This document shows, in pieces, positions 1 to 10,596 of a DNA stretch of 64,000 nt. Every line of letters begins with the position of its first letter. Positions within the stretch are counted from its first letter, which is position 1. The stretch spans positions 7,613-71,612 of the forward strand of contig MU619293.1 in assembly GCA_025201805.1 (NCBI GenBank). The letters run 5' to 3'. A program made the position numbers and the translations under genes. The notes beneath the pieces were generated by a model that was not told the origin of the DNA, searched no databases, and saw only the letters and a list, made by a program, of their open reading frames with translations. The stretch comes from Parasitella parasitica NRRL 2501. Its lineage: Eukaryota > Fungi > Mucoromycota.

Positions 1-131
1 AAATCTGAATTATTAATGCAAAAAAAAAAGCTATAAAAATGAAGCGAATTCAACACAAAAAAGGTCAAAAATAATTGTATTTCAAATACTTGAATATGAA
101 CTCTAACACATAATCGTCAAATAATTCTAAT

Positions 132-1648
132 ATGCACTCTGTGCGTGTGCAAACTGAACTAGAGATGAGACAATCGATTGAAAGAACAAACCAGGCAAAG
201 CTAGATGCTCTCCCTGAAAACACAAAGAAAGCTTATGAGCCCAAAATCAAGGAATTTCGTAACTGGTGTGATGTAAAATTTGCGCATGAGCCCCAAGAGA
301 TGCGATACATTGTCACCGGAGAAAAGGCTCACTTTTTTCTGGATAATGCTGTAAGCTATGAAAAAAAAAAAAAAAGAAAATGTATATAACAACGATTTGT
401 CTTTTAGGTTGTCGGTAGATTGAGTCGTAGCAAAAGAAGAAGAGTTAATGAAGGTGAAGAATCTCCGGCTCGCTTGATAAAGTTTTCTTTATTGGATCAG
501 TACGGTGCTGCACTTGTACATTTGTGGGGACGTCAAGTTATGATGAAAATTAATTCAAACCCTCATCCTAGACAAACATTTTCCGGCTTGCTTCAAAGAA
601 TTAAAAGGGAAGAAGAAGAAACTAAAAAAATGAATTATGAAGATAGAGGTGTAGGTACTATTATGGATGGCTATACAGTACAACAACAGATCAAATAGCT
701 AGCATCACTGCTTACTATTTTAATCAAAAAACAATCAAAGATTTGCGCAATTCGCTCTCATTCTTGTTGTCTCATTTTTGTCTTTTACGTGGTGAATCTG
801 CTAGAAAAGCAGAGCTACCTGACTTACAAGTAGTCAATATCGAAGGTGAAGGTTCAGGTCGTTGCCCTGCAATGGTACTTGTTATGCGTCAAGAAAAAAC
901 AAATAAATTTGGTAGACTGGATATTGGAGCATGTTTACGCAACGCAAAAGTAGAGATCTGCCCATTTATGATGCTTGGAGTGTATCTTTTTGCACGATTT
1001 CATATTGAAGGTGAACCGTTTCCAAATTTTGAACAATCAAAAAACTGGTTTAATATCAAGGCTCTGAAACATACTCAGGATCCAACAGTAGAATGGACTT
1101 ATCATAGCCATCTGAGCGCTATTGATAAGGCTTTTAAGGCATGTAGGATTACTTCGTCAAAAAAGACACATGTGAATCGTGGTGCTGCTGCCAGAATGGC
1201 AGATTTACAAGGTGTCGAAGAATCTGACATTAGGCGCATGGGTCGATGGAACAACTCTTCAATGAATGGTGCGTATCTTACAGGACTACCGCGTGATATT
1301 ATGAGAAGCTCAGCTGGGTTTCCCCAAAGGGGGACGTTTCATCTTCCTCGTAATGCAACAACACCTTCTGAGGATTTACAGTCAAAGGTTTTTCCAGAAG
1401 CAAGTAGGTGGTTAAGTAAAATACATGAAGGACGTGCAGAGCAAACAGTTTCTGCTGAAGGATTTCTTAATCTGCTATTGGAATAACGAATCACATTTCT
1501 TCAAGATTCGGTATTTATGCAAAAAATCATACCAGATCATCCAGTATGGAAGCATGAGCTTTTCTACGACCCAGAATACATTCAATTCAAAAGGTGCTGC
1601 TTTAATATTGAATTGTGCAAAAGTTTTGATTCTAATACTTTTTTGTAG
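132..1648 (+). mobile_element. Crypton (CryptonF-type) tyrosine-recombinase DNA transposon gene, pseudogenised; 3' part lost in the N-gap
   Basis: Spliced ORF pieces (intron ~351-407) carry tyrosine-recombinase/Ndc10-II motifs LLRGESAR, KKTHVNRG (HxxR), RRMGRW and MNGAYL (catalytic Y), followed by the Crypton-typical LRITFLQDS...HPVWKHELF segment. There is a frameshift near 690 and an in-frame TAA at 1484-1486. Confidence 0.85.
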
Positions 1649-2562
1649 NNNNNNNNNNNNNNNNNNNNNNNNNNNNNNNNNNNNNNNNNNNNNNNNNNNN
1701 NNNNNNNNNNNNNNNNNNNNNNNNNNNNNNNNNNNNNNNNNNNNNNNNNNNNNNNNNNNNNNNNNNNNNNNNNNNNNNNNNNNNNNNNNNNNNNNNNNNN
1801 NNNNNNNNNNNNNNNNNNNNNNNNNNNNNNNNNNNNNNNNNNNNNNNNNNNNNNNNNNNNNNNNNNNNNNNNNNNNNNNNNNNNNNNNNNNNNNNNNNNN
1901 NNNNNNNNNNNNNNNNNNNNNNNNNNNNNNNNNNNNNNNNNNNNNNNNNNNNNNNNNNNNNNNNNNNNNNNNNNNNNNNNNNNNNNNNNNNNNNNNNNNN
2001 NNNNNNNNNNNNNNNNNNNNNNNNNNNNNNNNNNNNNNNNNNNNNNNNNNNNNNNNNNNNNNNNNNNNNNNNNNNNNNNNNNNNNNNNNNNNNNNNNNNN
2101 NNNNNNNNNNNNNNNNNNNNNNNNNNNNNNNNNNNNNNNNNNNNNNNNNNNNNNNNNNNNNNNNNNNNNNNNNNNNNNNNNNNNNNNNNNNNNNNNNNNN
2201 NNNNNNNNNNNNNNNNNNNNNNNNNNNNNNNNNNNNNNNNNNNNNNNNNNNNNNNNNNNNNNNNNNNNNNNNNNNNNNNNNNNNNNNNNNNNNNNNNNNN
2301 NNNNNNNNNNNNNNNNNNNNNNNNNNNNNNNNNNNNNNNNNNNNNNNNNNNNNNNNNNNNNNNNNNNNNNNNNNNNNNNNNNNNNNNNNNNNNNNNNNNN
2401 NNNNNNNNNNNNNNNNNNNNNNNNNNNNNNNNNNNNNNNNNNNNNNNNNNNNNNNNNNNNNNNNNTAATAAACGAGATACTTCTTTTATTGTTCGGATAC
2501 AGTTAAAAGCTGTGAATTATTACAAGTCTCTTTTTATTGTATTGAAATATTTGAAATATATA

Positions 2563-3224
2563 TCATCCAATTGATACTGTTCCAGCACATTTTTGAAATT
2601 GAGGAGACAGTCATCAAGAGTACGATGCACTAAAGGTTGATTGTTCATTTTGTGTCCCTTCCATTGGATTAATGGCAGGTTGGGAGGAACAACCAAGGTG
2701 TTGCCAGTATCACTAGCCTTGTTGTTACAAACGGAAGCAAAATCCTTGAACAAGAGATCATAATTTGCTTGACCCTCTTTCAACAGCTTCCTAAGAGTCT
2801 TACTTTTCTCTTGGAGAGCATCGTTGAGAGGATGCTGCATTGCCAATTTCGCAGCTCTGCACAGCTTAGACTGGAGCTTGGCTATCTCCTGCAAGAGCTC
2901 CTCTTGGTGCTTCTTGCTCAAGGGTTCGAAATGATCATCATCGTTGAGATCTACTTCGCTACTATCAGTCATGATACTATCGCGATCGGAAAGAGCGTCT
3001 TCGCTCAATTCCCGGTCTATTTCAGCTAATTCCTCACGCAGAGCGCTTACATCGCTCGATGCAATTTTATTAACCGTTGTCTGTCTTGGAGACAGAGCTA
3101 CTTGGGCATCAGCCACAGATCCCGTAGAGTTGGAACTCTGGCGAGATCCAACAGGACGACTTGCCATTTCAGCATAAGTGGCCTTGCTGTTGATTTCGTT
3201 GTTGTTGATGTTGTTTGAAGACAT
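2563..3224 (-). mobile_element. LTR retrotransposon gag, copy B, truncated
   Basis: Near-identical to gag copy A (4572 downward). Identity stops abruptly at ~2565, after ...EQYQLD. Confidence 0.75.
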
Positions 3225-3283
3225 TGTTATTGATTATTTGTTAAAATATTAAGAGTGTAAAAGTTTTAGGTGATTTAAAAAAG

Positions 3284-3494
3284 TGTTATGTCAAAAGTCT
3301 GATAAAATAAATCTGCCAAAGAATTACACTTTTATTCATAATACAACTCTCGATGTATTATATACACATTCATTACACTAGGGTTCTACTGTCTAGCTGC
3401 ATAATGTAAATCATGACTACCCATGATTTACTGTAAGACCCTGGGACTGATCTGAGATCCTGATGTGAGACCTTGCCATGTTATTGATATAACA
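3284..3494 (-). repeat. 211-bp LTR (copy B)
   Basis: Termini TGTTAT...ATAACA, with TATA and AATAAA on the minus strand. I count only 2 substitutions against 4632-4842. Confidence 0.85.
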
Positions 3495-4572
3495 ACCATC
3501 ATGCGAAATCTTCTGCTTCTTTAGATAGTCCGGCTTCTTACCAGCAGCCTCTGGACAAAAACGAATCATATAGCCAGCCTTGTTACAGCCAAAATACTTT
3601 CTTTGCGCCAAATCAGGACATTTAGCGCGAATATGACCACTACGTCTACAGAAATGGCAAACAGGAGGCGCACCCTTGTAATCCGCTGAGNNNNNNNNNN
3701 TCCAAGTTCCTGCAGTTGTCCAACTTGAGCTTTTTCAGGCTTGAGATAGCATCTCGCTTTTGTTGCTCGGCCGAAATATTATATTTGGCCTTCAACTTCT
3801 CAGTGAAGTTGTCCCAATTCAAATGAGGTTCGTCTTGTACAAGTTGACAAGTCCAACAACCAGCCATGCCCGTAGACATCTGGGGCTTAATCAAGCGGTA
3901 CCAGTGTGCATTCAAATCCAATTGATACTGTTCCAGCACATTTTTGAAGTTGAGGAGACAGTCATCAAGAGTACGATGCACTAAAGGTTGATTGTTCATT
4001 TTGTGTCCCTTCCATTGGATTAATGGCAGGTTGGGAGGAACAACAAAGGTGTTGCCAGTATCACTAGCCTTGTTGTTGCAAACGGAAGCAAAATCCTTGA
4101 ACAAGAGATCATAATTTGCTTGACCCTCTTTCAACAACTTCCTAAGAGTCTTACTTTTCTCTTGGAGAGCATCGTTGAGAGGATGCTGCATTGCCAATTT
4201 CGCAGCTCTACACAGCTTAGACTGGAGCTTGGCTATCTCCTGCAAGAGCTCCTCTTGGTGCTTCTTGCTCAAGGGTTCGAAATGATCATCATCGTTGAGA
4301 TCTACTTCGCTACTATCAGTCATGATAGTATCGCGATCGGAAAGAGCGTCTTCGCTCAATTCCCGGTCTATTTCAGCTAATTCCTCACGCAGAGCGTTTA
4401 CATCGCTTGATGCAATTTTATTAACCGTTGCCTGTCTTGGAGACAGAGCAACTTGGGCATTAGCCACAGATCCCGTAGAGTTGGAACTCTGGCGAGATCC
4501 AACAGGACGACTTGCCATTTCAGCATAAGTGGCCTTGTTGTTGATTTCGTTGTTGTTGATGTTTGAAGACAT
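3495..4572 (-). mobile_element. LTR retrotransposon gag, copy A, with degenerate zinc knuckles, interrupted by LTR copy B
   Basis: 308-aa ORF with a gag-like W..F...LK..Y segment. It continues past a small gap into GHIRAKCP and GCNKAGYMIRFCP (CCHC-like knuckles), then runs straight into the LTR at 3494. Confidence 0.75.
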
Positions 4573-4631
4573 TGTTATTGATTATTTGTTAAAATGTTAA
4601 GAGTGTAAAAGTTTTAGGTGATTTAAAAAAG

Positions 4632-4842
4632 TGTTATGTCAAAAGTCTGATAAAATAAATCTGCCAAAGAATTACACCTTTATTCATAATACATCTCTCG
4701 ATGTATTATATACACATTCATTACACTAGGGTTCTACTGTCTAGCTGCATAATGTAAATCATGACTACCCATGATTTACTGTAAGACCCTGGGACTGATC
4801 TGAGATCCTGATGTGAGACCTTGCCATGTTATTGATATAACA
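4632..4842 (-). repeat. 211-bp 5' LTR (copy A)
   Basis: Termini TGTTAT...ATAACA; direct repeat of 3284-3494; lies upstream of the gag ATG at 4572. Confidence 0.85.
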
Positions 4843-5068
4843 ATCTAGTCTTGTTCACTTCAGAAAGGCGTAGCGAGACTCAAAGTACCAATCCTATAAA
4901 GGATAACAAGATGAATACTTCTGGTACATTCATCTTGGTATCAATTGGTACCTTGACATTAATAATCGTTAGTTACTACGCAAAGTAAATTAGTATAAAT
5001 AGTAGTAGTCTTAGCAATCAATAAAACAATATTCTTTATTTTATAAATACAATATCTCAGACATTACA
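4843..5068 (+). repeat. Partial LTR of a second family, 5' part removed or displaced by the insertion on its left
   Basis: Contains TATAAATA and AATAAA and ends in ...GACATTACA. Has a 10-bp inverted repeat at 4907-4916/4928-4937 and abuts integrase sequence. Confidence 0.55.
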
Positions 5069-5670
5069 CTTTGATAATGCGATAATAGATGGCTTATTGT
5101 CGTTAGTCTCGGTATATCATCAATACACCGCTCCTTATAGACCCTCAATGAATGGAAGAAATGAGCAGATGAATGGTAATTTGACTAAAGCATTAAAGAA
5201 ACTAGCAATGTCAAATACTTCAGATTGGGGTCAACACTTGAATGCTGTATTGTATGCATATCGAACTAAGGTACATTCAACCCTCAAAGTATCACCTTAT
5301 GAGTATTTATACGGCATGTCACCACCATCATCGATTAGACAAGATCCCATACAGCAACTAGGTCGTGCCTTAGGAATGGAACGATTAACCCAATTGCAAG
5401 ATAGAAACATCCAAGTAGAAGATTATAATGCCATCATGGAGTACCCCGTTAAGCCAATAGTGCGAAGAAAGTTCTTTCCTCCGGGTACCAACGTCGTGAG
5501 AGTTAGGCATAATAAGTTTTCAAAATGGATTCAAATTTCAAACCAGAAGTATTCACGGTCGTAGCATCCTTTAATAACGGTACATGTCAATTACAAGATA
5601 AAGCCGGACGACTTCTCAAGAGACGTGTGAATTTGGCTTCACTAAGAAAAATCAATGTGCGTAGCAATTG
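5069..5670 (+). mobile_element. Ty3/Gypsy integrase C-terminal fragment, frameshifted
   Basis: HQYTAPYRPSMNGRNEQMN (rve core E motif), W..HL.AVLYAYRT.VHST...SPY; frameshift near 5525. Confidence 0.85.
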
Positions 5671-5686
5671 ATCAGTGCCAGGTGAA

Positions 5687-5961
5687 TGTTTTGAGGAAGC
5701 GCAAATCCTCTAATAATACGAAGCTCATAATTGAGATCATGATCTACTATATAAATACATTTAAAAACACCTCCTCACTCTACACACATTTTTCTCTTAA
5801 CTTTATATTATATTTTAACAACTTCACCAACAACTATTTGGTAATCTTAATATTAAGCTATTATAATTAACAAACAATAAAGTTGGTTCTTTTATTTAAC
5901 TAGAAAAACATAGTCTATTTTATACGTCAAAAGTATCACCTCAAATTAAATCTATACAACA
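5687..5961 (+). repeat. Probable 3' LTR of the integrase-bearing element
   Basis: TGTT...AACA termini, TATATAAATA and AATAAA, directly after the integrase. The polypurine tract is weak. Confidence 0.55.
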
Positions 5962-5994
5962 TTTGATTTCGATTCCGCAATACTTGCTCAGGTG

Positions 5995-6325
5995 CACTTT
6001 AACTGGTCCAAATGCCTTTCAGACTTGTGCTTCGGTTAAACTTCCTTGATCTGATTAAGGCTTCATTCAGCTTGTCTCCATTACACATAATTTGGCTCAA
6101 ACTTGTTTAGCTACACTTACACTTTGGTTAAACTGGCCCAGTTCCATTTTACATGGTCGAAATGTCATTTAATCAAATATTGTTGTTAAACTGGTCTAAG
6201 CAACTTATTTTTGGCGCAAATGCCGTTTAAGCTAGCTCATGTTTAAGTTAAACTGGCTTCAGTACACTTACTGTAATATGGTTCAATTGTGTCAAGTAGA
6301 TAGACAATTACAGTTAAACTTACCC
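5995..6325. repeat. Degenerate array of GTTAAACT(GG) motifs, ~60-bp spacing
   Basis: GTTAAACT at ~6035, 6127, 6185, 6247 and 6313, with recurring TGG.CAAATG-like and TACACTTAC motifs between them. Confidence 0.5.
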
Positions 6326-6774
6326 AAGTCGGCCTAATTTCACTAAAGTCGGTCATTTGTATATGTGTATCTTTGTAGAAAGGCCGTTGTTGATTCTTTT
6401 TACGTTTTCGCCTTATTTGATACGTAATTTATTTCCACTGGGGTAACGCATAATCTACAAAAGTAGTAAACTTCTTGACCCAAATGATAATAGTAATGAA
6501 AAAAAAAAAAAAACTTTTGCTCGCCAATATACCTTTTTCTTGCCACAACTTACTTATACGCAACTTTAAGAGAGACATCTCACCGAGTTTGGTCGTACAA
6601 GTATGTGTTTTAATACTCTTTACGAAGAGCATAATTGATTACGTTGGCACAATCGATTATATTTTTTATTGTGTAATTGCATGGTATATTGTATAATTAA
6701 TTGTATTTCTGTATAATGTTGTGCTATTTTGGTAATATCCATTAATGATCTGTTGAAAATTGCCATGGAATTAT

Positions 6775-8076
6775 TCAACGAAATAAGATCAAATTCATTT
6801 CACTGTCAAACTTGGCTATATTTCTGAATCGAGAGCATACTTCATTCAAACAGTTTCGGACCTTGATAAAGTCATGTCGGCTTGTCTAGGAATAAAACTT
6901 AGCGTCGTGAAACAGATTTTTGCACGAATGCTAATGTAATATACCTCTCTGATTTTATTGATGGATAATATCTCTGGAATAAAGATCGAATAAACTCCAA
7001 TTTTCTCAACTGTTTCAACAACTCTTCCGCAGTATTCAGAATATTCAGTAAAGTCCATGTTTCGAAATAACCCAGTACTTTTAATCGTTGCTAAAAATCA
7101 AACAGAAAATCATCAAGCAATTGTTGAAACTTTATATATTTGGCCTACCCATTAAATCGTTGTAATACTCTCTCTTGTTCTTCAAAGCTCTTTTAGTAAG
7201 CGGTACACGTTTGTCGGTGCGTATCAGATTGCCAAATCTATAAGCAACAAGGTTTTCCTGACATTGTCCACGAATGCTGTTGGGAGAAAAGCGCTGGAGA
7301 ATATGGAATGAAAACGTGCTTGTAGATGAGTTGCTTTTGGTCGGAATAGCGTAGCTAATGGTAAAACTCTCATTTACGATCCTCATTCTTGCATACAGCG
7401 TCTGCTTGCTTTGTTCTACGTTGTCCAAAAGACGATCCAGCTCTAATAAAAAAAAAATATATATATATAAGAATTCGTTGAATAACAAGCCAAATCAATA
7501 TAAAAACCATCAAATGCTCTTCTTGGTAGAATGCTTTGGCCAGACGGCGCATGCGGTTTGCTTCTTTTACGCAATGTAGGAGCGTCATTATGTAATGTTG
7601 GAAAAGTTGTTTCCGTAGCCATCCCAAGAGCAGGCTTTTCTTCTTGTTGCTTGACAGGATTCAACTGAACAGGTATTTCATATTGCTCGGTTTTTTTATC
7701 ATCTTGTACTAGAGAAGCAGCTTCGTCGGTAACTGTAACTGCAGGCTGAGGTTCCTGGTTATTCATGCTGTAAATTGTTACATTGCTTTGATCAGGATCA
7801 CCGTAATCACAATTTTGGATAGAGTTTCTGAACGTGTCGTTAAATATTGAACGCAAGGTATCTACAAAAGTGGTTAAAAGAGGCATGTGTGGTCTCAGAG
7901 AAAAACTCACTTCCATTTACGTGTTGACAATTTTCCAACATGTCAATAATAGTATTTTTTTCTTTACTGTCATTCCAGATTCTTGGACTTTTCTTCAATT
8001 GACACAACTGATACTGAGCGTATATGTGGAATAGCTCGTTATCAATCGGAGGATCCGCCCGCTGTTGTTTATCCAT
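6775..8076 (-). CDS. Multi-exon hypothetical protein
   Basis: ORF pieces join in phase across GT-AG introns: ...RRAFD|ELDRLL...YNDLM|ATIKSTG...NKIRE|TSRHDF...LILFR*. No family recognised. Confidence 0.55.
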
Positions 8077-8408
8077 AGTGTAGGTTATGCGAAAGATGAA
8101 GAAAAAAAAATCCGCGCGATTTATCTTTGCAGTCTTCTTTTTGAGGTTCGGTATTGGCTTTGTTACTGTCCAAACCTGTCACTTGGTTCCAACCCCAATG
8201 TTTTACCATTGGACTCTACGGTACCCATAGCAACTAGTTTATATCGAATCAGACTCTGCTTGTTCTACAAGTAGATAAAGCAATGTTCTTCCTTACTTTT
8301 AATTGGTATAATCTTTTTTTATAAATTTCAATAAAATAAACTAAATATCGTGTGTGCTTTGTCTATACAACAACGATAAGATGGCTATTTACATAACATT
8401 TGAATATT

Positions 8409-10463
8409 TTAACCCATTAATTCTGAAAACATAAGCTCGCGATATTCTTTCATCTTTTTTTTCAATACTCGCTTTAAAACCGTACGAAAATTGCCGATTG
8501 TTTCATCCAAGTCCCAGCTCTCATCATTTTTTTGATTTTTCTACATGAATGTATGTATGCATGTATGAGAAATAGAGGTATGCCCGAAATAAGCCAACTT
8601 ACATATAAAACCTTCATCATGGTATTAGGGTATTGATATAAGCTTTTCATATAATGTAAGCAAAACACACCACAGTCTGTAAAATTATCTTGGCCAGGAC
8701 ATGGGCTCATGACGATCTCAGGAGCCAGGAATTCAGATTCTTCGATATTTAGCTTGGTAACAGCTTCTTTTTTAAGATACTGCAAAATGCATTTCGCAGT
8801 ACTTTGCTTGTTTAATCCAAGGGGGTCCAATGCCATGATGTAGGGTCTAGTGAACAAGAATGTAGTATATTAGACAGCCTGATATGTAAAAAAAAAAAAA
8901 AAAAAAAACTCACTTGTTTGGATTCAATGTAGTTCCGGCTGGAATGGGCCTCTTTCTTGGGAGTTTTGCAGCTGTTTCTTGATCCAATTCAAGAAAATCT
9001 TCATGATACTCCAAGCCTTTAGAACCCTGTATACAATAGCCTGGATTTACAACCAGCAATAAAAACCAATGGTTATCTTGAGCCACAGGTATAATGACGT
9101 ACTTTTTCTCGAAAATGTCTGTAGATAAAGTCCAACGCTGAACAGTGTCGTAATGAATACTGCTGTGAGGATCTGATAACTTTGTGAAAAAGAAAGAGCT
9201 AAAGGTGTAAATGGAAGCCTCAGGATATTCGTCAGCCCATATTTTGGGGAAAATGTCAATCAAAGTATCATTCAAATAGGTTTCGTCTTCCAACCGCTCG
9301 AAATCTCTTTCGTATACTGCGATCGATTTCTTTTTGTCGAATGGGTAGCTCAAAATATGTTCATCTGAACCGGTGGGCTCAATTACATAGTCGTCAATTG
9401 GATCTGGAGGCAGTACTCTTTTGGCTACCTGTCGTACAGACCGCTTAGGAGATAATTGAGACGTTTCTGTGGGTGGTGTCTGCTTTTTGACTTTATCTTT
9501 ACTAGGAAGCTTATTTTCTGTCTTTGGTGGCTCCTTTGTCCTGGGTATCGGTCTTTTTGGTATTTTAAGCTTTTCTTCTTTAAAATCATCTTCTTCCGGA
9601 TAGAACGATGACTGTCCGATTGTATACTTGTCTCCAAATATGTGTTGCTTTTCATTGACTTGGTTAGTTTTAACTCTCGAGTGAAGCATTAATGGAGTCT
9701 CCAAATTGTAGTCATGATCTTGTTTGGCGAGGCCGGCCGAATTCTCTAGTGACGATTTGAATTGCATAATTTGCTGTATTGTAGTTGAGGAAAATGAACT
9801 CGATTTGTAAGGTTTGCTGGGGGTAACATTTAAAGGTGAATTGGCAGTTTTTCGTCGAGGAGGCCGAGGTGGTTGTAAGAGATGCTGCTCTGAAAATTCG
9901 TCAGGGTCGTATTGAATCAATCTTCTTTTTCGTGGCTTCTCTTCAGGGTTTACTTGTTGCTCAGCGAAATGTCCCTCAGGATCAGATTCGATCTCAATAA
10001 CATCATCCTTTCTCCGGGATTGCACGATCCTTGAGCTTGAGCGAGTCGGTAGTGGTTTATCCAGCTTCTATGCATACGTACACTGCTTTTAGTTATCATG
10101 ATGATATGCTACATTACTATATACCTCTAATCTTCGACTTTGACTCTTGGTATGCATGCTGCCTACGCCTTGATTAATATACTATTCCTGTTATCAACGC
10201 TTGAAGTTTACCTATGACCTTTTGCTTCTGAGGGGCCTTATTCATGGCGCCCACTTCCTATTTGAAGCGTATCAGTAATTACTCGTTTCCCACATTTTCT
10301 GACAGCCTACAGCGTAGCAGTTGTTGCTAGGAACTTGGATTGGGTTCCCTTTTACAGATGCTCGTCTAGAGTTCCTTGAGGTTCCAACATTCGGTGTGTC
10401 TGTTTCTCGATGTAAGCGTCTCTGAAAATCAAATCGTTTCAGTATTTTTCGCACTATAAACAT
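8409..10463 (-). CDS. Ulp2/SENP6-7-like SUMO protease (peptidase C48)
   Basis: YLNDTLIDIF, FSSFFFTKL, HWFLLLV (His), LDPL (Asp) and QDNFTDCGVF (Gln/Cys). The start exon is uncertain. Confidence 0.85.
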
Positions 10464-10596
10464 GTTCAAACTAGTCAAGCTACTTTTTGGTCTTGTTCAG
10501 ATCTTCGCATGTGAATAATTGCAATCAAAAAAGTGAAAACACCACATGCCACATTTGTGTAAAGGTTTTTATTCAGTAAAATTTAACGCGTCACTG

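Noticed and set aside
1425-2468. 347-aa ORF (and similar X-rich ORFs near 34600-35000 and 62800-63500)
   Set aside because: Artefacts of reading through N gaps.
5995-6325. CRISPR-like array
   Set aside because: The repeats are only 8-10 nt and degenerate, spacing is irregular, the context is eukaryotic and there are no cas genes.
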